Below are positions 26,754 through 39,017 of a stretch of 64,000 nt of DNA, piece by piece (position 1 is the first letter of the stretch; every line of letters begins with the position of its first letter). The notes below the pieces were generated by a model. It did no database searches. It was not told the origin of the DNA and saw nothing but the letters and a program-made list of their open reading frames with translations. The DNA is from Eledone cirrhosa. Lineage: Eukaryota. The position numbers and the translations under genes were made by a program. The DNA lies in assembly GCA_964016885.1 (NCBI GenBank), contig OZ024742.1, positions 366,110,001-366,174,000 of the forward strand. The letters are read 5' to 3'.

Positions 26754-28065
26754 GACAATATTTTAGTGGAGCTATAGTACTGGGTGCTCATGCAGGCCCA
26801 GGGACTGCATCTTGTTCTAAAAATTGTCCCCAGATTCTACTGTGTGCATTTAATCATGGCACCAGCACTAGGGTGGCTGTCACATTTTTGACACACCTAT
26901 AGAGTCCTGCTAACCATTTGCTTGGCTGATTTTCTATGGTTGGATGATCTTCATATCACCAACCACTTTACAGAGTGTACTGGGTGAGTTTATTGTGTAA
27001 TTCACCAACACAAGGGAGGTTGCCATGTCTGACACAGGTGGACCAATAAGATGGAACATTTAATTCCTGATTATTAAATAATGTGACAGCTACATGTGAG
27101 CGTAAAGTATGGAGGGAGCTAGTGATGAGATGATGTTGTGCTGGATCTTAGGAATAGTGTGAAGATGAAAGGTATCACAGAGAGAGGAAGACAAACAGTA
27201 TATTGCAGAATATGATGGGTTGAGAAGCAATGATGAATGTTATGAAGAGAAATGGAATGAGATGTTTGGGCCATGTGTTGAGGAAGGATGACAATGATTT
27301 GGTGAGAGGAGGGATCGAATAAAAATCACCATCATCATCATTTAATGCCTTTCTCAGATAAAAAAGATTGGAAATATAGGTGTCCAAAACAAGATCTCTA
27401 ATGAATGAAACCCACTGGACTTTTTCAATCTGAAAATAAAATGATTGTTTATTTATCTAAGCAATGTTAAGGATAAGAACATCTGTGTGTGACCAGGTCG
27501 TAGATGAGTGTTGAAAGGTTTTCACACTTTATCATTTATGTATGTATATACAGTAGAGTAGCTAGTAAGGGGGGAGATGGGAAGTTCTCTCAGGTGAGAT
27601 GTTTATGAGGGCAGAAATTTTGGGCCTGTTGTATATATTTTGAGTGTGTTACATTAATGTTTTCACAATGATCTGTCCACCAATGAAGATACTACAAACA
27701 TTTGAATTAACAAAACTGTTTTAAGATATTTTCTACCACATGATTACAGGATATTAAGAGTTAAGTGCCAATGAGAAGCCTGTACAAGGTTAACTAGACT
27801 TGCTAGATACAGCAGCCAAATCTTCACACCCCATCCTACTATTGTAGATATGTAAAGGACACACTGAAAAAAAAAGAATGGATGGCCAGAGTCTTATGGT
27901 TTACTGTATATAAATACATCATTTATTTATTTTCTTATTTTGGACATCAGTATTAATGATAATTTTATCAAAGTTCTTGCTCTGCCTCAAAAATAAGCCC
28001 TAGTATCTTTTTTTTTTTTAGGGAAAAAGAATATAAAACCTGTCTTATGATAGGGGAATCGCAGA

Positions 28066-28096
<31 letters not shown>

Positions 28097-28149
28097 ATAA
28101 TTGTTTCTACTTTAGGCACAAGGCCAGCAATTACCCAGTGCATTACCTA

Positions 28150-28370
28150 TAATAATAATAAATGTGAAGACTAAAATCCAAAGAGGGCTCGATAAGGATA
28201 AATATATGAATATATAAGAATCATAGAGCAAATATTTATTAAAATAACAGATTAAAGTTTAAGCAAAGAGTCGCTGCTTTCACCCTTAACAGGTACTTCT
28301 GAAAGATCCCGTTAAGGGTGAAAGCAGTGATTCTTTGCTAAACTTCAATCTGTTATTTTAATAAATATAT
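28150..28370. repeat. Short interspersed element with 5' fold-back inversion (other copies 48065-48270, 55660-55825)
   Basis: ~59-bp inverted arms 28232-28290 / 28311-28368. Contains the hammerhead-like gaaagatcccgttaagggtGAAA. Confidence 0.7.
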
Positions 28371-28380
28371 ATATATATAT

Positions 28381-30345
28381 GGAAGCTGAAAGACGCCTCA
28401 GTCAGTAACAGGTTCTTCAAAAATATTCTACTCGACGCCTATGACAGTAAAGAAGAACAGATACAGACATTCAATGTAGAAGAGCACTGGGAGTTCCTAA
28501 AAAATAACTTACTAAAGGCGACGGACAAGATCTGTGGCTGGAGTAAGACCACAGGGGAGAAGAGAGTGACTTGGTCACACCATAACCACACGTATTGTTA
28601 ACCAGGTAATACTAGAAGGTGTCATACCAAAAGATTGGTGCAGTAGCATCATTGTCAATTGCTACAAAGGTAAAGGTGATGCACTAGATAGAGGAAACTA
28701 TAGAGGTATAAAGCTGATGGACCAGGTCATGAAAGTAACGGAAAGAGTTATAGCACAGTTGATTAGGGACCGGGTGAAACTAGATGAGATGCAATTTGGG
28801 TTTGTACCAGGAAAAGGCACCACTGATGCCCTCTTCCTTGTGAGGCAGTTACAGGAAAAGTACCTAGCTAAAAGTAAGCCACTCTACCTGGCTTTCGTTG
28901 ATCTCAAGAAAGCCTTTGACAGAGTTCTCCGTGCTATAATCTAGTGGGCTCTTAGAAAACTAGGAGTAGATGAATGGCTTGTGAAAGCGGTACAAGCCAT
29001 GTATAGAGGAGCAGTCAGCAAAGTTTAAAGTTAGCAATGAGTATAGCAAAGAATTTAGCATACAGGTCAGTGTCCACCAGGGCTCTGTTCTTAGCCCTCT
29101 CCTGTTCATCATAGTCCTGCAGGCAATAACGGAGGAGTTTAAGACCGGATGCCCATGGGAACTCCTGTATGCGGATGATCTCGCACTTATAGCTGAATCC
29201 ATGGTGGAACTAGAGAATAAATTCCAAACATGGAAGCAGGAACTAGAAAGAAAGGGTCTCAAAGTCAACTTGACAAAGACTAAGGTTCTTGTAAGTAGAC
29301 GAGAAAACAGAACCCAGATTCCCTCAGGGAAATGGCCTTGCTCAGTATGTAGGAGAGGTGTAGGTAGGAACTCCATCCTCTGCCCCAAATGCAAACAATG
29401 GGTACACAAGAGATGTAGTGGGATCTCAGGAAGTTTAACTAAGAATGTAGGCTTCATATGTAGCAGCTGCGCTGGGACAGCAAGCAGCAAACGACCACAG
29501 GAAACAAGCACCACCAAACTCTGGGAGGGCTCTGTAGAAACAGTAGACAGCTTCTGTTACCTAGGTGACCGAATTAGCAGCAGAGGTGGTTGTTCGGAAA
29601 GTACAATAACTAGGGTAAGAACGGGATGGAAGAAGTTCAGGGAGCTACTGCCACTGCTAGCTGCAAAAGGCTTTTCCCTCAAAATAAAAGGCAGACTGTA
29701 TGATGTATGTATACGAACAGCAATGTTACATGGAAGTGAGACCTGGGCGCTGAAGGTGGAAGACTTACGCAGATTAGAAAGAAACAAAGCCTGCATGCTC
29801 CGATGGATGTGTAACAGTAATATACGCGAACGGCAAAGTATAAATGAATTGAGAGAGAGACTGAGCATCAGAGGAATCAAATGCTGTGTGCAGGAGAGGA
29901 GGTTATGTTGGTATAGACATGTTATGCGTATGAAGACCTGGGATGAGGTGATAAAGGCGGACCTTACCCAATTGCACCTCTCAAGAGCAATGACACACGA
30001 CTGTGACGCAAGAGATCACGTAGTAATACAGAAGACCCGACCCTCCACAGGAACAAGCCGAAGCTGAAGCATATAGACAATATGCCCCCACACCATCCCA
30101 CTGCAAAAAAGCACCCAGCCCACACTGTAAAGTGGACGTATAGGTGTCACAGCAAAAAAGCACCCAGCACTCACTGTAAATGAGGTTGGTGTTAAGGGCA
30201 TCCAGCTGTAGAAATCAAGCCAAATCAGTTCCTGTATGAGTAAGACAAGGTCAGCTGAGTGGACACTGCCCATAACAGGACAACCCGTCTATCCCATGCT
30301 AGCGTGTAAGAACGGACATAAAACGATGATGATGATGATGATGAT
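28381..30345 (+). mobile_element. RTE LINE, RT region to 3' end, with stops and deletions
   Basis: NYRGIKL, QFGFVPGKGTTDA, FVDLKKAFD, VHQGSVLSPLLF, YADDL and (GAT)n tail. Confidence 0.93.
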
Positions 30346-30737
30346 ATATCACCTTTTTCCCACAGCCCTATCCTGCCTCCACCACCACACTGACAACCGT
30401 ATCATAATTACCCCCCTATAGTGATCTGGATTAAGGTGTGTCAAATCAACAAGAAATAGTGTTACTCTAAAAACATGTCTTTCTATTTCTAGTATTATTT
30501 GCTGATCACAGAGAGAAAGGCAAACAGGAAATAAAGTAAAACCACTGCTGCCAAGTCGAGGAATAGAAAATATAAATTTATGACAATAACACTACATTAC
30601 GGATCTTTACAGTGAATATAGTGACTATCGTTACTATGGTGATTGCTGTTGTTATAGTAAATAGCGTTACTATGGTGATTACGGTTACTATCAAGTAGTC
30701 TTAGTAGCTATATGTATATTATATTATTTATGTGGAT

Positions 30738-30920
30738 TGGCAGTATCAGTAGAGGATCAGACGCCATGCTTTGGCGCATAGAGTTACGGCCCTTTCCATT
30801 CAGATTCAAATCCCACCGATGTTAACTTTGCCTTTCATCCTTAGGGTGTCGATAAAATAAAGTACCAGTAATACACTGGTATAATTGCTGGCCTTGTGCC
30901 AAAAAGTAGAAACAATTATA
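30738..30920 (+). mobile_element. SINE family B (other copies ~32815, 33720, 33910, 46160, 56190)
   Basis: ggcagtatcagtagagg...ttcaaatcccaccga...gtcgataaaataaagtaccagt...gtagaaacaattat. Confidence 0.8.
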
Positions 30921-30959
30921 TTATTTATTAGGACAATGGGATTGATGAGTTAATATCTG

Positions 30960-32375
30960 TATACAACAACTACAATGGCACGCGATGGGGCCCACCCACA
31001 GCCCTGGCGGACAGAATGGAGAAGGCGTTTCCCCGGAGCACGGCAAGGGAGACACGCTGGAAAATCCACTCCAACTCGCGGAGCTCACACCTGCTCTGGC
31101 CAGCTCAGCGCCTATGGTGGTGAGTAAGGAGGTAGCCCTGGGGCCGAGGACACCAGAAGTCTCCACTGCCAAGGGTACGACCGCAGACCTGTTGGAGAGC
31201 GACCGGTATTTGAGGAGTTTGGCGCCCTCAGCCTGACGTGCAGCAGAACCTGGGTCAGTCGCAGACTACACCAGGTTGCGGCTGCAGAAAGTGTCGGTGC
31301 AAGTGGCATCCTAGACGAGGGGTTTTCCACCGCAGAACGGGAAGATGGTCATGCCATCTGGCCTTTTACCGTCCCCTCGATCCAACCCCACCGGCTCGAG
31401 CTGGGAAGGGAAGCCTGCTTAATGACCTCGTTGAGGGCAGCATGGCGTGGAATACAGCCGGCACTGTGGCGACAGGAAAGCGGGTGGAGGCCGAGAGAGA
31501 ACCACGGTGGAACCGCAGCGACATTGGTGTGGCTGGCAGATCCAGAGGTCGAGCCCCAGGGAAACACCGATTCGCAGGCTCTGGTGCCAGTGGAGAACGA
31601 GGGCAGGGCATGGAGCCAGGCACCACTGTGGGATTTAGAGGCCGCACAAAAACAAGCAAGGCGGTGCTGGCCGAGCTGGCGTATGAGACTGTCTGACTTG
31701 AGGGGGAGAAGGAGGAGGGACGTCTACTGGGCTAAATCCCAGTCGGTCCCACGACTCACAGGCAGCCGCACGTTCTCTGAACACAGAGGGTTCTGAAGAA
31801 CCCTGCTAACAAGGACGTGGCACGAGGATACCGATGAAAGATAAGCCGGCAAAGCTAGTGAGATCGGGGACCGGAGGCCAAGGCTGCCATTCCTGACAGG
31901 TAAAGTGGCCTGTTGCCACCCTATGTTGTCAAACTTGACGTTGCATATCCCCTCGTCTGCTGCTTGGATACAAGTATCGAGGTCAGCGAGGAGAGATGTC
32001 TAGGTGGAGCATGGAGCGCTGCGGAGTGTATAGAGGAGTTTTGGCATGGCGAAGCAGTTCCTCAGCAGAAAGAGAGCTGGGTGGCCGTCAATCAAGCCCA
32101 GTCGGCTCGTGAGAGTCTGGAGCTTTTGAAGCCTGGACCTGATGGTGGAGCGGATGGCAGGCGGGTGGATCGGTGACCCGAGGATGAGGACATTCTCTTT
32201 GGGGGTCACTTGAACCAGGCGGAGTATGGACCGCACGTCCAAGACGGAGGCTGCAAAGCTCACAGCATCGAGACTGACGTTCACCACCTCCAACTTGGCC
32301 GAGTTGACCTGGAGGCCAATTCCCGCCAGGGCAGGAACCACCAATTGAAGGTCATGGCAATGTTCATACACGGAA
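30960..32375 (-). mobile_element. CRE-clade non-LTR retrotransposon 3' half (RT thumb + REL endonuclease), frameshifted
   Basis: [52 protein letters not shown] and LAVETSG motifs. Confidence 0.85.
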
Positions 32376-32655
32376 CAAAAAAGCCAGCCAAGGTCTCAAG
32401 GCCCAATATTGACCATACACCCAGAATACGAGGCATCAAAACTGTGAACTATGTATATATAGTCCAAACCTTGGTAGCATGGAAAACTGTTGTTGAACAA
32501 TGGTGGATATACACACATCTACGTGTGTGTGAGGGTAGAGAGAGAGGGGGAAGATAGAGTAGAGACAGCAAGAGAAAGAGAGAGAGGGGTAGAGGCAGGG
32601 AGAAAGTGAGATCGGGGAGGAGGCTAGGAGAGAAAGAGAGATCGGGGTAGAGGCC

Positions 32656-32691
<36 letters not shown>

Positions 32692-33214
32692 GGGCTAGAG
32701 GCAGGGAGAGAAAGAGGATCTCATCAACGGTAGAAAAAATCGCAGTGGAATCGAACCCAGAACTGACGAGTTGCTAAACGAACTCCTTAAATATAAATAT
32801 TATCTATATATACATCAAATCCAGCAAAGGTTAGCTTTGCCTTTCATCCTTACGGGCTCGATAAAATAAAGTACCAGTAATGCACTGGGTATTTGCTGGC
32901 CTTGTGCCTAAAGTAGAAACAATTATCTACTTATATATATAACCAGCAATTTCTCTGTCTGTCTGTCTGTCCGACAGTAGAAACACGTGCGTAGAGAGAG
33001 AGAGTGAGAGTGAAAGAAAGAGACAGACTACGAGAGGGGGAGGGAGAGAGAGAGAGAGAGAGTGAATAGACGCTAAAACACGTGCTACAGAAACATTACC
33101 TTCCCCTCTCCACTGACTTTGGTCACTGAGGCCGAGGGAATCGCGCTGAGCGCGTCATAATGACGTAATGCAGACAGCCAGACATACAGACAGATTATAA
33201 GGGCGCAACGTTAT

Positions 33215-33720
33215 ATCTATGTATCTATCTAAAAAGAAAGACTAAGAATTATATAGAGAGAGAATGCTAAATCGCCTAATGCGGTCCCTAGGGCATTGAA
33301 AATTTGAAATAATTTTTGCTCAAAACACTCACAGGACCATAAGTATTACATGTCTAAAGTTTGAAAACAATGGGTTGGATGGTTCTCAAGTTTTAGTGAG
33401 CTGACAGACAGACAGACATTCTCTGTTTTAGATATATAGACTAGCAGAACCCCCCCCCCCCCCCGAGTGGTTTTCTGCTAGTCTATATATATAAAACTGA
33501 GGATGCCTGTCTGTGTGTGTGTGAGTTTGAATCCCTAAAACTCGAGAACCACCCAACCGACTTTTTTCAAACTTTACACATGTAATACTTATGTTTCAGG
33601 AAGTGTTCTGAGCAAAAGAAATTCAAATGTTCAATGCCCTAGGGACCGCATTAGGCGATTTAGCGATCTCTTTCTATAATTCTTAGTCTTTCTCTTTTTA
33701 GATAGATACATACATATAAC
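33215..33720. mobile_element. Inverted pair of non-autonomous Helitron-like elements
   Basis: ~230-bp imperfect inverted arms, each starting TCTATATAT..AAAAC.GAG.ATG.CTGTCTG, around a central CTAG...CTAG segment. Confidence 0.7.
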
Positions 33721-34064
33721 TGTTTCTACTTTAGGCACAAGGCCAGCAATCACCCAGTGCATTACTGGTACTTTATTTTATCAACCCCGTAAGGATGAAA
33801 GGCAAAGTCAACCTCGGCAAGATTTGAACTCAGATCGTAAAGGGACGTAACTATGCTGGAAAGCATGGTGTCTGACCCTCTACCGATACTGCCAATCCAC
33901 GTCGCGCCCTTATTGTTTCTACTTTAGGAACAAGGCCACCAATTACTCAGTACATTACTGGTACTTTATTTTATCGACCCCCCGTATAATATTTGTCTGT
34001 ATGTCTGTCTGTCTGCATTACGTTACTTCCTACAATTCGCTCTGCGTCCAAAACGCACCCTTAT

Positions 34065-34326
34065 AATATCTGTCTGTATGTCTTCCTGTCTGCTGCCTCC
34101 GGTTATTCCGCCACCCTTGCTCAAGACAAATCTCACACTCATTACCCAAACAGTTGGTAAGTGCACACAACTTCTTCCTCGCGTTTTAAGCCACAGTGTT
34201 GCTTACTTACGTACCACCAGACCCTTACTTCTTTGCCAGCCATGGTTGTGGCAATACTAAGCTTAGCTAAGGCGGTTATATATTTCACAATACCTTACCC
34301 CGTGCAACGCCGGGTACAACTGCTAG
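34065..34326 (+). mobile_element. Non-autonomous Helitron 3' portion
   Basis: Subterminal GC hairpin cccgtgcaacgccggg followed by CTAG at 34323-34326. The 5' boundary is uncertain. Confidence 0.6.
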
Positions 34327-34851
34327 AATAATTTACTAACTTGTGAGCTAACATTAGGGGTGAGAAGTTCCCATGAAAGATGGACAACAGAAAGTCTTGG
34401 GAGAAGAATCCTGCCCAGCGAGTGTTTCGGACCTTAACTTGTGACTTTAACAAAACAAACATTGGAACCGTTTCTTGTTCACTCCCACTTCTAGGGGCTT
34501 TTGCATATTTGGTAGACGGAGATTGCCGAATCCCGTCGTATACATATATACAACCCACATACATATATACAGTCAGACAGACGTGTGGTTACGTTTGTGT
34601 CAGTGATTATGTCTTGTAACATCGAAAAAGAAACAATAAAATATGTACCAAACTTAAAAAATATTGATGTAGATATAATCGATTAAATAAAGGCTATGCG
34701 GCAGCATGACCGCAGTCTTATAGCCGGTACCGGTAAAACAATGTATGTGTATTAATTGACAATGGAATCGCGTCACAGGATTTATTTTCTCAAGCGGTCA
34801 GAGTTACTTATATACACACACACATTTATGCATACATGTGTGTGTATACAC

Positions 34852-34882
<31 letters not shown>

Positions 34883-34931
34883 AGTATTGAAGTTTCCGTT
34901 GAAAATTGAAAAAGTCAGAGGAATGAAGAGT

Positions 34932-35009
34932 AATTGCCTTGTCTGATGAACGAATGCGGACGTTTCTTGTATTCGTCTTATTCGGGAAACCTCTTGTAAT
35001 GAGGTAATT
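34932..35009 (+). ncRNA. Type I hammerhead ribozyme motif
   Basis: aattgccttgt-CTGATGA-stem II (cgaat/attcg)-GAAAC-ctctt-GTA-atgaggtaatt. Stem I is 11 bp including G-U pairs. Confidence 0.75.
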
Positions 35010-35338
35010 ATACTGTATTGTTTATTATACATTATATATATATGTGTGTGTAGCAATATCCGTAGATGTGAAAAGGAAAAAAGAAAACAGTGCTCAATCT
35101 GGTAGAGAGCCTGAAATATTATATAACTTATGTTCCGTGTATGAACATAAATAAGTTATAAATGTATGTATATAATCCGCCGGTCTCAAACGCGCTGTAA
35201 AATATATCTGAAGACCACGTGAATACATGTAAACAAACATAAAACTACAAGAGACATAATATCGGAGATAAAAGTGGATTTACAAGTCTGGACTATAAAG
35301 AGATTTGTGGAAATAAGAAAATAAGTGTTTAAACTTAC

Positions 35339-35398
35339 AGTGGTGCCTATTGTTATATCAAAGAAGACAACGGGGTTCGAGGGATTACTCGCCGTCAT
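35339..35398 (-). CDS. PPIH: Cyclophilin H (peptidyl-prolyl isomerase H), coding exon 1
   Basis: Encodes MTASNPSNPVVFFDITIGTT followed by a GTAAGT donor (phase 0). NPVVFFD is the cyclophilin N-terminal motif. Splices in frame to 9493-9557. Confidence 0.92.
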
Positions 35399-36509
35399 AT
35401 TTCAAATATTTGAATCGTTTTAACAAGGGGAAGTCACTCTTAATAACTGTTGCAATATTGACAGGAGAGTTCTACCTTCATGTTTCTCTCGCTTTGATTG
35501 AATAATTTCGTGTGTTGTAGTAAGGTTCCTACCAATAATTAATTGTGTTTATATTTTCATTCCGAAATGTTATTTATACAACTGTGAATAAAAAGAATTC
35601 TTTGTTTAAAACTTGTTTGGCTATTTCTCAAAGGTAACTATTTCATTTCCTAATTTTGCAACAACAGAGAAACTGTCTAAAAGATTCCTGAATACTGGCA
35701 CACTGGGATGGTCCTACAAAGACATAGTAAAATTACTATATATTGTTGTGTATTATATTTATGAGGTTTCTAGCAATAATTAATTGATTATATGTATGTA
35801 CTTCTATTTAATCTTATGTATTTGTTATATCATAATAAAATAATGGGAAATTTATAGAAGAACACTCCATTCGATTTCAGTGGAGGAAAACACTCTTTTC
35901 CTCTGTTTTCGCATGCTATTAACTAATCTAACATCTAAGATTCTGGCAATCCATTTTTCCCTGGAGAACGTGGAGGAGGATACGCCGAATATCCCCCTCC
36001 CCCTCCACGCCTAGGTGTTTTCCTCACAAATTCTTTTTCTTTTCGGGTGTTATCAACGATTAGGGCCTCCAGATCTGTCAGAAACGACTAGATTGTAGAA
36101 AAGGTAGAGTGAAAGGGAGAAAAAAGACCATCGGAGTTTCGCATATCTACACACCTGTCGCATTTCGTGGGAAATAATTATTTGTTTGTTTGTTTTCTGG
36201 GGTTTTTTTTTGTTGTTTTCTCTGTGCCTCTTAGATGCTTGCAACCGACATTTTTTCACAGAAAACAAAAACCCTAAAACTAACCCTAAACCTAACTCCA
36301 ACTCTTAATCTAACCCTAAAACTAGCCCTAAACCTGAACCTAATTCGAGAAGAAAAAGTCAATTGCAAGCATCTAAGATGTATTCTGAGAGGGGAAATAA
36401 CTGTTTTATTCCATCCAGATGTATTGTCTCCCCCGCGTTACCATACATTTAGAATTTAAAAACAAAATTGATTGTCTCTTTGTTATTGAAAACAACAAAC
36501 ACTATAATA

Positions 36510-36690
36510 ATAATTGTTTCTACTTTAGGCACAAGGCCAGCAATTACCCAGTGCATTACTGGTACTTTATTTTATCGACCCCGTAAGGATGAAAGGTAAA
36601 GTTAACCTCGGCGGGATTCGAACTCAGAATGGCAAGGGCCGTAACTCTATGCGTCAAAGCATAGCGTCCGACCCTCTACCGATACTGCAG
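36510..36690 (-). mobile_element. SINE family B
   Basis: Full head with B-box GAGTTCGAATCCC on the minus strand, body, and (TTA)n tail. Confidence 0.82.
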
Positions 36691-36692
36691 TA

Positions 36693-39012
36693 TAATAATA
36701 ATGAAATTAATGTGTACATTGCTCAGGTGCACTACAACTCATCAAAGATGCATGTATAGTACATAGAATAATGTACAAATGTCAGGAAAGTGAACAGTGT
36801 ATGAGTCATGATATGTGTCCGTGTGTATGGAGGGAGAATATTAGGTGTAGTGTTGGCGAATCTCGGGAAGCATGGAGGTTTTAAAGGATGCAGTGTCTCA
36901 ACAGCTAATAAGTGATGAAGGTAGTTTGTTCCATGGAGGTTTTAAAGGATGCAGTGTCTCGACAGCTAACAACTGATGCAGGTAGTTTGTTCCATGGAGG
37001 TTTTAAAGGATGCAGTGTCTCGACAGCTAAGAACTGATGCAGGTTGTTTGTTCCATGGAGGTTTTAAAGGATGCAGTGTCTCGACAGCTAATAAGTGATG
37101 AAGGTAGTTTGTTCCATGGAGGTTTTAAAGGATGCAGTGTCTCGTCAGCTAACAACTGATGCAGGTAGTTTGTTCCATGGAGGGCTTAAAGGATGCTGTT
37201 TCTCGACGGCTAACAACTGATGCAGGTAGTTTGTTCCATGGAGGTTTTAAAGGATGCAGTGTCTCGATAGCTAACAACTGATGCAGGTGGTTTGTTCCAT
37301 GGAGGTTTTAAAGGATGCAGTGTCTCGACAGCTAACAACTGACGCAGGTAGTTTGTTCCATGGAGGTTTTAAAGGATGCAGTGTCTCAACAGCTAACATC
37401 TGATGCAGGGAGTTTGTTCCATGGGGGTTTTAAAGGATGCAGTGTCTCGACAGCTAACAACTGATGTAGGTAGTTTGTTCCATTGAGGTTTTAAAGGATG
37501 CAGTGTCTCGACAGCTAACAACTGATGCAGGTAGTTTGTTCCATGGAGGGCTTAAAGGATGCTGTTTCTCGACGGCTAACAACTGATGCAGGAAGTTTGT
37601 TCCATGGAGGTTTTAAAGGATGCAGTGTCTCGATAGCTAACAACTGATGCAGGTGGTTTGTTCCATGGAGGTTTTAAAGGATGCAGTGTCTCGACAGCTA
37701 ACAACTGACGCAGGTAGTTTGTTCCATGGAGGTTTTAAAGGATGCAGTGTCTCAACAGCTAACATCTGATGCAGGGAGTTTGTTCCATGGGGGTTTTAAA
37801 GGATGCAGTGTCTCGACAGCTAACAACTGATGCAGGTAGTTTGTTCCATGGAGGTTTTAAAGGATGCAGTGTCTCGACAGCTAACAACTGATGCAGGTAG
37901 TTTGTTCCATGGAGGTTTTAAAGGATGCAGTGTCTCGACAGCTAAGAACTGATGCAGGTAGTTTGTTCCATGGAGGTTTTAAAGGATGCAGTGTCTCAAC
38001 AGATAACAACTGATGTAGGTAGTTTGGTCCATGGAGGTTTTAAAGGATGCAGTGTCTCGACAGCTAACAACTGATGCAGGTAGTTTGTTCCATGGAGGTT
38101 TTAAAGGATGCAGTGTCTCGACAGCTAACAACTGGTGCAGGTAGTTTGTTCCATGGAGGTTTTAAAGGATGCAGTGTCTCGACAGCTAATAAGTGATGAA
38201 GGTAGTTTGTTCCATGGAGGTTTTAAAGGATGCAGTGTCTCAACAGCTAATAAGTGATGAAGGTAGTTTGTTCCATGGAAGTTTTAAAGGATGCAGTGTC
38301 TCGACAGCTAACAACTGATGCAGGTAGTTTGTTCCATGGAGGTTTTAAAGGATGCAGTGTCTCGACAGCTAACAACTGATGCATGTAGTTTGTTCCATGG
38401 AGGTTTTAAAGGATGCAGGGTCTCGACAGCTAACAACTGATGCAGGTAGTTTGTTCCATGGAGGTTTTAAAGGATGCAGTGTCTCAACAGCTAACAACTT
38501 ATGTAGGTAGTTTGTTCCATGGGGGTTTTAAAGGATGCAGTGTCTCGACAGCTAACAACTGATGCAGGTAGTTTGTTCCATGGAAGTTTTAAAGGATGCA
38601 GTGTCTCGACAGCTAACAACTGATGCAGGGAGTTTGTTCCATGCTTCAGTAACTCTGAGCGTGAAAGAATGTTTCCGAAAGTCATGGGAGTTGTGATGTT
38701 TTTTGACTTTGTGGACATGCCCACGTGTGGTAGACACATGGACATCAAAAAGGTACTCAGGGTTGTTGTTGTCAAAATGGTTAATAATGTTGTGGGTGTT
38801 TACCAACTCAGTTGCCAGACGTCGGAGCTTCAATGTATCCATGCCCAGGGAAGCAAGGCGTTCAGAGTATGGTAGATGCCTGATGGGGGGTATTCGCTTG
38901 GTTGCACGTCTCTGAAAAGTTTCTAGGCGGTCAATGTTCTGAGCAAGATAGGGGTTCCAGACTGGTGATGCAAATTCTAAGCGTGGCCGCACCATATCTA
39001 TATACAGCTTTA
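36693..39012 (-). mobile_element. 5'-truncated CR1 LINE containing an internal tandem array
   Basis: MVRPRLEFASPVWNPY...QRRATK...WNKLP, with a 3' UTR and (ATT)n tail matching 6670-6821. Confidence 0.92.
36871..38643 (-). repeat. 61-bp tandem array, 29 units, amplified from the CR1 ORF2 C-terminus
   Basis: Unit catggaggttttaaaggatgcagtgtctcgacagctaacaactgatgcaggtagtttgttc. The span 36871 to 38640 is 1769 bp = 29 x 61. Confidence 0.97.
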
Positions 39013-39017
39013 AATGA

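Noticed and set aside
35186-35338. ORF-track extension of PPIH exon 1 to 70 aa
   Set aside because: Read-through into intron 1 past the GTAAGT donor. Cyclophilin similarity resumes only at exon 2.
36268-36345. TAACCC-like run as an interstitial telomere
   Set aside because: Short and highly degenerate; such runs are common inside repeats.
13946-38643. Regular arrays as CRISPR loci
   Set aside because: Units are contiguous with no unique spacers, no cas genes are present, and the context is eukaryotic.
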